In this document: piece by piece, positions 1 through 10,352 of the stretch
Numbering within the stretch: position 1 is the stretch's first letter
Layout: each line of letters opens with the position of its first letter
Assembly: GCA_027451365.1 (NCBI GenBank)
Contig: DAIDJN010000063.1
Span: 32,001-96,000 of the forward strand
Reading direction: 5' to 3'
DNA: 64,000 nt
Origin: Phycisphaerales bacterium
GTDB lineage: Bacteria > Planctomycetota > Phycisphaerae > WQYP01
Program-made: the position numbers and the translations under genes
The notes under the pieces: model-generated
What the model saw: the letters and a program-made list of their open reading frames with translations, nothing else
The model's database searches: none
What the model was told of the DNA's origin: nothing

Positions 1-1044
1 GAGGAGATTGCCGGACAGATAAAGGCCGACCCGAGCGAATCCTGGTATGTGTCGGCAATACCTATGGATAAGCCAACTCTGCGCGCCGCAATTCTGGAAC
101 GGGGACTTAAAAGCGTCTCATCGGTGATGGCACAGCTGGCCACAAAGGATGATGACAAATCCCGCATGGGACTTGCGATTCTGCTGCGGTCGATATGGCA
201 TAAGGAATATGTGGATGAACGGGACTGCCGCTATGTGAATGACCGTGTCCACGGGAACATACAGAAGGACGGAACCTTTTCGGTTATTCCGCGCATCTAC
301 GGCGGCGTGACGACTGCGGATGAGTTGGTGAAAATAGGGCTGGTGGCGAAAAAATATAACGTGCCGACCGTGAAGCTTACCGGTGGCCAGCGGATTGACC
401 TGCTGGGGGTGAAAAAAGAACTTCTGCCGGATATTTGGCGTGACCTGGGCATGGTCAGCGGATATGCGTACACCAAGGCGTTTCGCACCTGCAAAACATG
501 CGTCGGTTCCGAATGGTGCCGCTTCGGCACCAACGATTCAACGGCCCTGGGGATCGCCATTGAAAAGCGATTTGCGGGACTGGAAACGCCTGCCAAAGTG
601 AAAATGGGCGTTTCCGGATGTCCGCGCAATTGTGCCGAAGCGACGGTGAAAGATGTGGGAATAATCGCGACGGAAGGCGGCGAATGGGAAATACTTGTGG
701 GGGGCGCCGCCGGGGTTGGCGTGCGTAAAGCGGATTCACTTTGCCGCGTGAAATCGCAGCAGGACGCAATTCGCGTAACCGAACGCTTCCTGCAATATTA
801 CCAGGAACATGGCCGCTATCTGGAAAGAACGTACGATTTTGTCCCGCGTATCGGGATTGAAAAGTTGCGGAGCATTCTGGTTGAAGACAGCGAAGGCCTT
901 TGCGCCGATCTGGACGAACGCGCTGCGGCCAGTATTCAGGCCGCACTGGACCCCTGGGAAGATGACAGCCGCAGTCCGAAATATGCCGGGCAGTTTTCTC
1001 CGGTACGCCAGGTGGCACTGCCGGTTCTTACGCCGGCCGGCTAG
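1..1044 (+). CDS. nirB: Assimilatory nitrite reductase large subunit (NirB/NasD), C-terminal part; 5' end lies outside the window
   Basis: Frame is open from base 1. Contains NIQKDGTFSVIPRIYGG, KLTGGQRIDL, and the siroheme/[4Fe-4S] Cys motifs CKTCVGSEWC and GCPRNC. Confidence 0.93.
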   Translation, partial: EEIAGQIKADPSESWYVSAIPMDKPTLRAAILERGLKSVSSVMAQLATKDDDKSRMGLAILLRSIWHKEYVDERDCRYVNDRVHGNIQKDGTFSVIPRIYGGVTTADELVKIGLVAKKYNVPTVKLTGGQRIDLLGVKKELLPDIWRDLGMVSGYAYTKAFRTCKTCVGSEWCRFGTNDSTALGIAIEKRFAGLETPAKVKMGVSGCPRNCAEATVKDVGIIATEGGEWEILVGGAAGVGVRKADSLCRVKSQQDAIRVTERFLQYYQEHGRYLERTYDFVPRIGIEKLRSILVEDSEGLCADLDERAAASIQAALDPWEDDSRSPKYAGQFSPVRQVALPVLTPAG

Positions 1045-1109
1045 AACGGCGGCATGGCTTGCGTGTCTTTATTCACATGCAGATACTTACATCATTCTAA
1101 GGACAGGTT

Positions 1110-1511
1110 ATGCCCGACATAATGGAAATAACAGAATCAGCCGACGGTCTGGAAAGTCCGGCGGAATCGATCACGGCGGCGGGCACCCAGCCGAACACGA
1201 TGGCTGTGGCCATCTGCCCGGTCACGGATTTACCTCTCGGATTGGGCCGCGCATTCCAAATCGGATCGCGAACGCTGGCGCTGTTTCTGACACGATCGGG
1301 CGGCGTGTTCGCCATGGACAACCGCTGCCCGCACAAAGGCGGCCCGCTGGCGGACGGGATGATATCCGACGGTGCGGTGGTCTGTCCGCTGCATGCCTTC
1401 CGGTTCAACCTGACCAGCGGCACCTGTGACCAGGAAGGGCAATGCCCGGTGAGGGCCTATTCGGCACATGTGGAAAAGGGCATGGTTATTGTTGATTTGC
1501 CGGTGGAGTGA
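1110..1511 (+). CDS. nirD: Nitrite reductase small subunit, Rieske [2Fe-2S]
   Basis: Rieske motifs NRCPHKGGPL and VCPLH; directly downstream of nirB. Confidence 0.9.
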   Translation: MPDIMEITESADGLESPAESITAAGTQPNTMAVAICPVTDLPLGLGRAFQIGSRTLALFLTRSGGVFAMDNRCPHKGGPLADGMISDGAVVCPLHAFRFNLTSGTCDQEGQCPVRAYSAHVEKGMVIVDLPVE

Positions 1512-1517
1512 CAGACG

Positions 1518-4500
1518 GTGATTCAGCCGGCACCAGAATTCGACCACCCGCGGGCGCGACGTGGCGGAATACATAAAACCACCTGCTGCTATTGCGGCGT
1601 GGGGTGCGGCATTGAAATTCAGCGCGACCGCAGTGGCGAGCTTTCGCTGCGGGGCGATGCAAGCCATCCGGCGAACCATGGCATGCTGTGCGGCAAAGGT
1701 AAAACACTGCTGCATGTGGCGGCGAGCCGGGCGAATCGCCTGACGAATCCCTTGATGCGCGCGGATCGCCGCAGCGCCACAGGCGGTCCCGCCACACCAG
1801 TGACCTGGGACCATGCGATAGGGCATATTGCCGGTGAATTCAAGCGGATTATTGGGACCCACGGGCCGGACGCGGTGGGATTTTACGGCTCGGGCCAATG
1901 CCTGACCGAAGAATATTACCTGATCAACAAAATTGCCAAAGGATTTCTGGGAACCAATAATTTTGACACCAATTCACGCCTCTGCATGTCTGCGGCGGTA
2001 ACCGGCTACAAACTGACGCTTGGAGCCGATGGGCCGCCAACGACCTACGCGGATATAGAGTTGGCCGACACATTTCTGGTGGCCGGCGCGAATCCTGCCT
2101 GGTGCCACCCGGTGCTTTTCCGTCGGATGGAAGCCCGCAAACAGTCGGATGCGAATGTAAAAGTAATTGTGGTCGACCCGCGGCGCACGGGCAGTTGCTC
2201 AATTGCGGACCTGCATCTGCAAATTATACCTGGCACGGATGTGGCGCTTTATAACGCACTGGCTCGCGAATTGTGGAAAACGGGGCAACTGGACTGGAAT
2301 TTTATAGAAAATCACACCACGGGCTGGCCGCAGATGGCCGCGGCCATAGAACCATATACCGCGGAAGCGGCGGCGCAGATCTGCGGAATTTCAGCAGCCG
2401 AAATACGAAAAGCGGCGGAATGGCTGGGCGGCAATCGACGCTTTTTAAGCCTGTGGACAATGGGACTAAACCAGTCTTCCCGGGGCGTGGATAAAAATAT
2501 TGCACTCATTGCGCTGTCCCTGATTACCGGGAAAATTTCCCGGCCCGGGTCAGGCCCGATGAGTCTGACCGGCCAGCCCAACGCCATGGGCGGCCGCGAA
2601 GTTGGCGGCATGGCGACACTTCTGCCCGCACATCGGGACATGGCCAATCCGCAACATCGGCAGGCGGTGGCCGATTACTGGAAAGTTAAGTCCCTACCCG
2701 CCAAAGCGGGCTTAGCAGCAGTGGAAATGTTTCAGGCGCTGGCCGAAGGCAAAATGAAAGCGATCTGGATTGTGGCCACCAATCCGCTGGTTTCGCTGCC
2801 GAATTCCTGGCAGGTGCAGGCCGCGCTGGAAAAGGCGGAACTGGTGGTGGTACAGGATATTTATGCCGGAGAAACCAGCGAGCTTGCGGATGTGATTCTG
2901 CCCGCGGCGACTTGGCTGGAAAAAACAGGCACCATGACCAATGCGGAACGGCGGATAAGCCTGCTGGAAAAAGTCATTGATCCACCCGGATTGGCGCTGC
3001 CGGACGTGGAAATTCTGCTCCGTTTCGCCGATGCCATGGGTTGGGGCGAACATTTCCAACAGCGAACGCCGGCGGAAATTTTTGATCAGCATGTCGGCCT
3101 GACTGCGGGTACCGATGTGGACATGACTGGATTGTCCCATAGTCTGCTGCAATCGCGCGGACCTGCGCAATGGCCGTTTCCGGCCGGCTCGGCCAAGGAT
3201 CCGGCGATGGACAGCCGTCTTTATGAAGATCACCAGTTCGCCACACCGGATGGACGCGCGCGATTGCATCCAATAGTCTACGCCCCGCCGGCGGAAACGC
3301 CGGATGTGGATTTCCCGCTGATAGTCACGACCGGGCGTGTGCGCGATCAGTGGCACACAATGACCAAAACGGGCCAAGTGGCGAAATTGCGACAACACAC
3401 GCCGTCGCCGGCCTGCGACATTCACCCGGATGACGCGACCCCGCGCGGCATTGGGGATGGGGACATGATCCGGCTGGTCAATCGGCGGGGCGAAATTTGT
3501 GTACCGGCGCGTCTGACCAGAGACATTCGCGCTGGAACGGTTTTTGTACCCATGCACTGGGGCCGTCGGGAAAACGAAGCCGCCGGACGCGTAAACAACC
3601 TCACCAGCCCAGCGCTGGATGTGCTATCCAGCCAGCCAGAACTGAAATTTGCCACCGTCAATGCCATCCGTTACACGCCGCCGCGGCGGAAAATTATTCT
3701 GGTCGGCGCCGGCGCGGCGGCCATGGCGTTTATCCGCGCCCATCGGGCTTTTAATACGGAAGACCGCATACTGCTTTTCAGTGCGGAAAAAGAGCTGGTT
3801 TATAACCGCGTGATGCTTCCGATGTACATTAACGAATCCCGTGGCTGGCCGGAATTGCTGGTGGCGACAGCCGATGAACTTTCGGCATTGGGGGTGGAAT
3901 TCCACCCGCAAATGGCAATCAGCCGCCTGGCCTTGGGAGAGAAAAAAATAATGACCGCCGCGGCGGCGGAACATGATTACGATGTGCTGATCCTGGCGAC
4001 TGGTTCGCGCCCGCTTATCACGTGGCAAGGCCCCCTGCCGCAAACGGGGGTATATACCCTTCGTACCCGCGGCGATGCGGATCGGATATCCACCGATGCG
4101 CGGACCACACGGGAAGTTGCGATTATCGGCGGCGGACTGCTGGGAATAGAACTGGCCGCGGCACTTAACGACCGCGGCCTGAACGTGACGCTGGTGCACA
4201 GATCGTCGCGGTTAATGAGCCGACAGCTTGATTCGGTCGCCGCCGATCTGTTGAAACGCGAACTTATGGCGCGCGGCATAAGGGTCATATTGCGGTCCGA
4301 GTTGGCGGGTATTCAGGGGTTGCTGCGGCCGGAACATGTTCGGTTAAGCACCGGCGAAACACTGGCCGCGGGAATGGTGATATTTGCAACGGGGGTCGAA
4401 CCGCGGGCCGACCTTGGTTGCGCCGCGGGCCTGAAAACCGCCCAGGGAATATGCGTGGATGAATTCCTGCGGACCAGCCATCCGGATGTTTTCGCCATGG

Positions 4501-5129
4501 GAGAATGCGCTCAGCTGCAGGGCCACCTTTTCGGCACGACGGCCGCGGCCCAGGCGCACGCGCGGGCGCTGGCCGAATACCTGCGCGGCAATGTGCATGC
4601 GCCATTCCGGCATGTTCCCGCGGGCAATGTGTTAAAAATCTCGGATTTTCAACTGGCCAGCGCCGGCGAAACCGACCCCGCGGATTCCGCGGAAACCCAG
4701 GTGATCAGTCTGACGGATATGGCGCGCGGCTATTACCAGAAATGTGTGATTCGGCAGGATCGGCTGGTGGGAATGGTCATGGTGGGTGATACAAGCCGCT
4801 ATCCGGAATGGCTGAAACTATTGCAGGAGGGCACGGAACTCGAATCTCTGCGCGGCGGGCTTCTGCGGCCCGGTGCCACACCGCCCGTGTCCGTGGAAGG
4901 CAAACTGGTATGCAGTTGCCATCAGATTGGTGAGCAAACAATCCGCCGGTGCGCCAGCCAGCCGGCCGCAACTCTGGCCGGCGTGGTGCGGGCAACGCAA
5001 GCCGGCAGCGCCTGCGGAAGCTGTCGACCGGAAATTTCCGCGATTCTGGCCCAATGTGCGGAAAGACCGCCGGAATCAGCACCTCCGGCAACGGCATTCC
5101 GGTCAGTGGCGTTGGGCGTGGCAGGTTAG
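1518..5129 (+). CDS. Assimilatory nitrate reductase catalytic subunit fused to an FAD/NAD(P)H oxidoreductase and a BFD-like [2Fe-2S] domain
   Basis: TCCYCGVGC...LCGKG, DTNSRLCM, GQPNAMGGRE and TTGRVRDQWHTMT (molybdopterin oxidoreductase); then LVGAGAA and IIGGGLLGIE Rossmann motifs; C-terminal VCSC...AGSACGSC. Confidence 0.9.
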   Translation: MIQPAPEFDHPRARRGGIHKTTCCYCGVGCGIEIQRDRSGELSLRGDASHPANHGMLCGKGKTLLHVAASRANRLTNPLMRADRRSATGGPATPVTWDHAIGHIAGEFKRIIGTHGPDAVGFYGSGQCLTEEYYLINKIAKGFLGTNNFDTNSRLCMSAAVTGYKLTLGADGPPTTYADIELADTFLVAGANPAWCHPVLFRRMEARKQSDANVKVIVVDPRRTGSCSIADLHLQIIPGTDVALYNALARELWKTGQLDWNFIENHTTGWPQMAAAIEPYTAEAAAQICGISAAEIRKAAEWLGGNRRFLSLWTMGLNQSSRGVDKNIALIALSLITGKISRPGSGPMSLTGQPNAMGGREVGGMATLLPAHRDMANPQHRQAVADYWKVKSLPAKAGLAAVEMFQALAEGKMKAIWIVATNPLVSLPNSWQVQAALEKAELVVVQDIYAGETSELADVILPAATWLEKTGTMTNAERRISLLEKVIDPPGLALPDVEILLRFADAMGWGEHFQQRTPAEIFDQHVGLTAGTDVDMTGLSHSLLQSRGPAQWPFPAGSAKDPAMDSRLYEDHQFATPDGRARLHPIVYAPPAETPDVDFPLIVTTGRVRDQWHTMTKTGQVAKLRQHTPSPACDIHPDDATPRGIGDGDMIRLVNRRGEICVPARLTRDIRAGTVFVPMHWGRRENEAAGRVNNLTSPALDVLSSQPELKFATVNAIRYTPPRRKIILVGAGAAAMAFIRAHRAFNTEDRILLFSAEKELVYNRVMLPMYINESRGWPELLVATADELSALGVEFHPQMAISRLALGEKKIMTAAAAEHDYDVLILATGSRPLITWQGPLPQTGVYTLRTRGDADRISTDARTTREVAIIGGGLLGIELAAALNDRGLNVTLVHRSSRLMSRQLDSVAADLLKRELMARGIRVILRSELAGIQGLLRPEHVRLSTGETLAAGMVIFATGVEPRADLGCAAGLKTAQGICVDEFLRTSHPDVFAMGECAQLQGHLFGTTAAAQAHARALAEYLRGNVHAPFRHVPAGNVLKISDFQLASAGETDPADSAETQVISLTDMARGYYQKCVIRQDRLVGMVMVGDTSRYPEWLKLLQEGTELESLRGGLLRPGATPPVSVEGKLVCSCHQIGEQTIRRCASQPAATLAGVVRATQAGSACGSCRPEISAILAQCAERPPESAPPATAFRSVALGVAG

Positions 5130-5220
5130 CGGCATGGCCGGGGCCAGACGCGCCAACCGGTCGCCGCGGGAGTTGTGCAACTTGCGAACAATCAGCGTAC
5201 GACGGCAGCGCGGACCGGGC

Positions 5221-6255
5221 ATGAATTTGATACAATTTTATCCATCAGTAGGCCCGCAGGGCAAAGGAGTCCGTTTGCCGCATGAGATGACCAATCGGAG
5301 GATTCGGTACCTGCGCCTGTCTTTGACACAGGCTTGCCAGATGCGGTGCGTCTATTGCCGACCCGATTTTCACACCAATGCCAATGCGTACGACCTTAAG
5401 CCCGTTGAACTCGAACAGTTGGTGAAGCATCTGGTGGACCGCCATGGTGTGCAAAAAGTCCGCCTGACCGGCGGTGACCCGACCGCAAGACCTGAATTAC
5501 TGGAAATTATGTCGCGCATTAGCCGCCTGCGAACGCCGGAAAATCAGCGGTTGGAACTGGGCATGACAACCAATGGGCTGTCGCTGGTCAGCCACGCGCG
5601 CCACTATGCCGCGGCCGGCCTGCAGAGGGTGAATGTGAGTCTGGATTCGCTGGATGGCGACACGTTTCATCAAGTCACGGGGGTTGATGCGCTGCCGCGG
5701 GTGCTGGCGGGAATTGAAGCAGCAGTCGCCGCCGGATTAACGCCGCTGAAAATAAATTGTGTGGTGTTGCGCGGCTTGAACGACGGCCAATTGCCGGAAC
5801 TTCTGCAATTTGCTGCCACACGCGGGCTGGAATTACGCCTGATAGAAATGATGCCGATGGGGCCGCTGAAATTACGGTGGCAAAGCCTGTACATGCCGGA
5901 GGCGGAAATACGAAAAATTCTGGAACCGGAAGTGGACTGCTGGCGGCCGCTGGTGCAGGGGGCGGATAGTGCGCGGAATTACCGGGTTATCACACGCCAG
6001 GGCCAGGCGGTAACGCTGGGCTTTATTACGCCGATGAGCTGCAATTTTTGTGCCCATTGCGACCGGCTGCGCATCACCGCCGACGGGCGGGTTTTCCCAT
6101 GCCTGATGGACGAACCACGCGGGTCACTTCTTTCGGCGCTGCGGCCAACCTTTAACGCGACGGAATTCGATCAGATTCTGACCCGGGCCTATGAACGCAA
6201 GATGCCGGAGCATCCGGCGTGGGGCCATACCATGATGACCCAGTTGGGAGGTTGA
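5221..6255 (+). CDS. moaA: GTP 3',8-cyclase (radical SAM)
   Basis: CQMRCVYC, VRLTGGDP, CNFCAHCDRLRITADG and C-terminal GG. Start placed at ATG 5221 rather than the track's 4873, which overlaps the nitrate reductase. Confidence 0.93.
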   Translation: MNLIQFYPSVGPQGKGVRLPHEMTNRRIRYLRLSLTQACQMRCVYCRPDFHTNANAYDLKPVELEQLVKHLVDRHGVQKVRLTGGDPTARPELLEIMSRISRLRTPENQRLELGMTTNGLSLVSHARHYAAAGLQRVNVSLDSLDGDTFHQVTGVDALPRVLAGIEAAVAAGLTPLKINCVVLRGLNDGQLPELLQFAATRGLELRLIEMMPMGPLKLRWQSLYMPEAEIRKILEPEVDCWRPLVQGADSARNYRVITRQGQAVTLGFITPMSCNFCAHCDRLRITADGRVFPCLMDEPRGSLLSALRPTFNATEFDQILTRAYERKMPEHPAWGHTMMTQLGG

Positions 6256-6623
6256 TGATGATCCCGAAATCTGAAAAGTCCGGGCCGACACCGCCGGAAA
6301 ATGTTCCGGCGACTTTCAAGGCGTTTTTACGCAAATTTCCCGCGTTGGGGAATGCCCATGAAAATATTGCCCGCGCGGTGGATGCAGCCGGACCTGTGGA
6401 TCCCAAAACGCGTGAATTAATTAAAATGGGTATCTGCATGGGCGCGGGGTTGGAATCGGCGTTCCGTTCGCATGTGCGCCGCGCCGCCGCCCATGGCGCA
6501 ACAGAAGCGGAAATTGAACAGACTGTTTTAATGGCCATGAACACGGTCGGTTTTCCGCGCACCGTCGCGGCGTGGCAATGGGCATTGCAGCAACTGCAGC
6601 GCGACAGCGCGGAGGGCGGATGA
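6255..6623 (+). CDS. Carboxymuconolactone decarboxylase (CMD/AhpD-like) family protein
   Basis: DPKTRELI...SHVRRAAAHGATEAEI...VGFP pattern; start overlaps the moaA stop. Confidence 0.8.
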   Translation: MMIPKSEKSGPTPPENVPATFKAFLRKFPALGNAHENIARAVDAAGPVDPKTRELIKMGICMGAGLESAFRSHVRRAAAHGATEAEIEQTVLMAMNTVGFPRTVAAWQWALQQLQRDSAEGG

Positions 6624-6877
6624 AAGCGCGCCGCCTGACGATCAGACTTTTTGGCCCGCAGGCCAAAGCCATCGGCGCGCCGCTGGTCTGCGTGCATGTG
6701 GCCGCTGATACGGTTTCTTGTGGCGCACTGCGCCAGGCCCTGGCGGACCAGCATCCGGCACTGGCCCAAAGCGTTGCCATAAGCCGCTTGGCGGTGAATT
6801 GCGCTTTTGTGCCGGATGATGCCGTGGTTTGCGGTTCAGAGGAAATTGCGCTGATTGGCCAGGTGAGCGGCGGATGA
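6620..6877 (+). CDS. moaD: Molybdopterin synthase sulfur carrier
   Basis: RLAVN...EEIALIGQVSGG C-terminus; ATGA overlap. Confidence 0.88.
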   Translation: MKARRLTIRLFGPQAKAIGAPLVCVHVAADTVSCGALRQALADQHPALAQSVAISRLAVNCAFVPDDAVVCGSEEIALIGQVSGG

Positions 6878-7290
6878 TTGATTCAATGCTATTTCATGTG
6901 CAGGTAGTGGACGGGCCGATACCGGAAAGCGCGCCGCGGCCGCCGGCGGGCACCGGCGCGATGCTGGAATTCCGTGGTGTGGTCCGGCCCCAGGAGGACG
7001 GTCGAAAGATAACCGGATTGAATTACCAGACATATGATCCGATGGCGCAAAAGCAACTCGAACGGCTGGCCGAGGAAACCGCGAAGCGGTTTGCCCTTAC
7101 AAGCATACATGTGGTGCATAGCCGCGGATTTGTGGGAGCCGGATTCTGTTCCCTGTGGATTGCGCTGGCGGCGGTGCGCCGCAAAGCCTGCCTTGGCGCG
7201 ATGGACTGGCTGATAGACCAGATCAAGGCCGACGTGCCAATATGGAAATCAGCGGTATTTGCGGACGAATCGCAGGCGGGCCAACCATGA
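6874..7290 (+). CDS. moaE: Molybdopterin synthase catalytic subunit
   Basis: GAMLEFRGVVR, YDPMA, VVHSRG, IKADVPIWK. Confidence 0.9.
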   Translation: MIDSMLFHVQVVDGPIPESAPRPPAGTGAMLEFRGVVRPQEDGRKITGLNYQTYDPMAQKQLERLAEETAKRFALTSIHVVHSRGFVGAGFCSLWIALAAVRRKACLGAMDWLIDQIKADVPIWKSAVFADESQAGQP

Positions 7291-8540
7291 CCAGCCCACC
7301 GGCACAAACCCAACCGCGTGCCACCGCGGGAGTGGATTCAACCGGGCATCCGCGCGACGTTTTTGGCCGACTGGCGGATCTGACGAAAGCTACGCAGTCC
7401 ATTATTCTGCCCGTGGAAACGGCTGTGGGAATGATCACCGCCGAGCCGCTGAAGGCCGACCGCGACAGCCCTCCTTTTGATGCCAGCGCCGTGGATGGAT
7501 TTGCCGTTTCCCGCGATATACTTAATAATGTCAATACTACCATACCATTAGCGCCCTCGGCCGTGGCGATGGGCTGTGCCCCGCCGGATCTGCCGCCCGG
7601 CCACGCGATTTGCGTCCCGACGGGCGGACCGGTACCCGCTGGTGCGTGCGCCGTTATTCCGCTGGAGGATGTGATTCAGCAGGCGGGCGGCATTCTGATA
7701 CGGCCGGGCGCGGACAATCCGCGGTATACCAACATCCGAAAGCAGGGAGAGAATGCCCGCGCCGGGGATGTTGTTCTGGCCGCCGGTCGCGTGATTCACC
7801 CGGCGGTGGCCGCGGGACTGGCCGCATTTGGCCGCACACACATTGCGGTTCATACACCGGTGAATGTCACCCTGATTATCACGGGCGACGAGCTGATGTC
7901 CCCCAATGCGGTGGAGGTGCCGCATTGGCACATAAGAGATTCCAACGGGCCGGGCCTGCGGGCGGCCGTAGGGGCGTTGAAATGGCTAAACCTGCGGCGG
8001 CTGGTGCGGGTACCGGACAACCTGGAGAGCCTGCGCGCGGCACTGCACGATGCCTTGGCGGATTGCCAATGCATTATTCTGACGGGCGGCGTGTCGGTGG
8101 GCGCACGGGATTTTGCCCGTCCGGCGATTGAATCGGTCGGCGGCAAGGTGCAATTCCATCGGCTGGCAATAAAACCGGGGCGGCCGGTGCTTGGTGCCAT
8201 CGGGCCGGCCGGACAAAGCATTTTCGGCCTGCCGGGAAATCCGGTATCCGCGCAGGTGCTTTTCCGGGCATTCGTTCTGGATGTACTGGCCAGACAGGCC
8301 GGGCTGACTGAAGTGCCGGGGGCCGACGCTTTGCTGCATTTAACCGAGCCGACGGACAGCCTTCCGACGATGCACTGGTTTCGTCCGGTTCGGCGGCTTG
8401 GATTGGACCGCGCAGTCTGTCTGGCCGGTCACGGCTCCGGCGATATACCGATGATGGCCGGTTCCGACGGCTTTGTGGAAATTTGCCCTGGCGCGGCGGG
8501 TTCAGGCCCTTATCCGTTCTACCGATGGAGTGGCTCATGA
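7287..8540 (+). CDS. moeA: Molybdopterin molybdotransferase
   Basis: PPFDASAVDGFAV, TGDEL, IRDSN, TGGVSVG, IKPGRP, GLPGNPVS. Confidence 0.92.
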   Translation: MTSPPAQTQPRATAGVDSTGHPRDVFGRLADLTKATQSIILPVETAVGMITAEPLKADRDSPPFDASAVDGFAVSRDILNNVNTTIPLAPSAVAMGCAPPDLPPGHAICVPTGGPVPAGACAVIPLEDVIQQAGGILIRPGADNPRYTNIRKQGENARAGDVVLAAGRVIHPAVAAGLAAFGRTHIAVHTPVNVTLIITGDELMSPNAVEVPHWHIRDSNGPGLRAAVGALKWLNLRRLVRVPDNLESLRAALHDALADCQCIILTGGVSVGARDFARPAIESVGGKVQFHRLAIKPGRPVLGAIGPAGQSIFGLPGNPVSAQVLFRAFVLDVLARQAGLTEVPGADALLHLTEPTDSLPTMHWFRPVRRLGLDRAVCLAGHGSGDIPMMAGSDGFVEICPGAAGSGPYPFYRWSGS

Positions 8541-9046
8541 AAAAACGCACCGCAAAAAAGCTCAGCCATATCAATGCGAATCATCAGGCGGCGATGGTGG
8601 ATGTGGGCCAAAAGCCGATCACCGCCCGCACGGCCACCGCCGCGGGCACGGTACACATAAGCCCGGCGCTGGCCAGCGCGATTCGTCGCAACCTGTTGGC
8701 CAAAGGAGATGTTCTGGCCACCGCCCGGCTGGCGGGTATTATGGCATGCAAACGAACGGCGGAAATAATTCCACTCTGCCACAGCATTCCTCTGGAAATA
8801 ATTGAGGTGCAGGTGGCCCTGCGCCGGGGGGTGGTGCATATTCAGGCAACGGTGCGCGCCTGCTGGAAAACCGGCGTGGAAATGGAGGCCCTTGTCGCGG
8901 TTACCGCGGCGGCTTTAACGGTGTACGACATGGGCAAAGCGGTGGATCGCGGCATGGTGATTGGCAGCATTCGCCTGCTGACTAAAACTGGCGGCACCCG
9001 GGGGGACTACCGCGCGCCGGATACAGCATCAGGAGCGGCACCATGA
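8537..9046 (+). CDS. moaC: Cyclic pyranopterin monophosphate synthase
   Basis: MVDVGQK, KGDVLATARLAGI, IPLCH, TGVEMEAL, YDMGKAVD. Confidence 0.95.
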   Translation: MKKRTAKKLSHINANHQAAMVDVGQKPITARTATAAGTVHISPALASAIRRNLLAKGDVLATARLAGIMACKRTAEIIPLCHSIPLEIIEVQVALRRGVVHIQATVRACWKTGVEMEALVAVTAAALTVYDMGKAVDRGMVIGSIRLLTKTGGTRGDYRAPDTASGAAP

Positions 9047-9582
9047 ACGACCGGGAATTGTCCATCGCCGTTCTGACCTGTTCAGACCGCTGCTTCGCCG
9101 GCAACACCATGAACACCGGTGGGCCGGCAGTGGCGCAAGCCGCTGTGCGGATTCTGGGTGGCCAGGTAGTCGCGGAATGCTGTGTACCCGATAATCAGGC
9201 GGCCATTTGTGAACAGTTGCGCCGTTGGACTCAGACGGGAGCCGAGATTCAACCGGATATCATATTTACCACCGGCGGGACCGGACTTGCGCCGCGGGAT
9301 GTTACGCCGGAAGCCACGCTGGCCGTGCTGGACCGGCGGTGCGCCGGCCTTATGGAACTCGCCCGGCTGCGCTGCATGGGCAAAAATCCACGGGCCTGCC
9401 TTTCACGCGGGGAAGCGGGCACCGTGGGACAGCAACTGATTATCAACCTTCCCGGATCGCCGCGCGGCGCGGTGGAAATGATCGAGGCGCTGGCCGATAT
9501 TCTGCCCCATGCGCTGGGCGTATTGCACGGCCAGGACAATCATCCGGACAGCCGCGTGCCTCCACCACACGCGGAGCCTTAA
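9043..9582 (+). CDS. Molybdopterin adenylyltransferase (MogA/MoaB family)
   Basis: VLTCSDR, TTGGTGLAPRDVTPEAT, NLPGSP. Confidence 0.9.
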   Translation: MNDRELSIAVLTCSDRCFAGNTMNTGGPAVAQAAVRILGGQVVAECCVPDNQAAICEQLRRWTQTGAEIQPDIIFTTGGTGLAPRDVTPEATLAVLDRRCAGLMELARLRCMGKNPRACLSRGEAGTVGQQLIINLPGSPRGAVEMIEALADILPHALGVLHGQDNHPDSRVPPPHAEP

Positions 9583-10212
9583 ATGATTCAGCCGATTGCA
9601 TGCATTCTGGCTGGCGGCCGCAGCAGCCGATTTGGTTCGGATAAAGCGCGGGCGCGGATTGGCGATGCCGTGCAGATTGTGCGTGTGGCCCGCGCAATCG
9701 AACCGTTCGCATCCGAAGTGATTATCGCCGCCGAAACCGCCGGTAAATATGCGGACCTTGGCCTGAAAACCATTGCCGATCACGCGCCGCGCCAGGGGCC
9801 GGCGGGCGGCCTGCGGACAGCGCTGGAATATGCCGGGCCGGACCGGTGCGTGCTGCTAGTTTCCTGCGACCTTCTGGAAATTCGTCCGCAATGGCTGCAA
9901 CGGTTAATTCTGGCGGCGGAAAATTATTTTCCAGCCTGCTCCGCGGTTGACGCCGCGACACCCGCACCGCGAGCCGTGGCATTCCGACATACGCATTGGG
10001 AACCGCTGGTGGCGATGTACCACGGCAGCGCGTTGCGGCGAATAGCTCGCCATTCCGGCGTTGCCGAGGGGCATTCCTCGGCGACCATCGGCTTTTCCGG
10101 GCCGCTCTGGCGGATTCTTGAAACACTTGATGCGGTGGCATTGCCGCTGCCAATCGACTGGCCGGCCAGGGTGCAATTCAATTCACCACTGGAATTGCCG
10201 CAGGAGGGTTAA
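9583..10212 (+). CDS. mobA: Molybdenum cofactor guanylyltransferase
   Basis: ILAGGRSSRFGSDKA, GPAGGL, VSCDL, EPLVAMY. Confidence 0.88.
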   Translation: MIQPIACILAGGRSSRFGSDKARARIGDAVQIVRVARAIEPFASEVIIAAETAGKYADLGLKTIADHAPRQGPAGGLRTALEYAGPDRCVLLVSCDLLEIRPQWLQRLILAAENYFPACSAVDAATPAPRAVAFRHTHWEPLVAMYHGSALRRIARHSGVAEGHSSATIGFSGPLWRILETLDAVALPLPIDWPARVQFNSPLELPQEG

Positions 10213-10352
10213 ACCGGCTCCTGCGGGATGCGAACGGCCGGAATTAAAAAGTTTTTTTTGCGGATGGTCAGGAAAAAGTCGCAAAGTCCGGCGGGATGCG
10301 ATATTATTCCTGCCGAGGGTGGCATGAAAATTTGAAGGGATGCGTTGGCACT

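Noticed and set aside
4873..5220. Apparent 116-aa N-terminal extension of MoaA
   Set aside because: It overlaps the nitrate reductase 3' end; this is an ORF-caller artefact.
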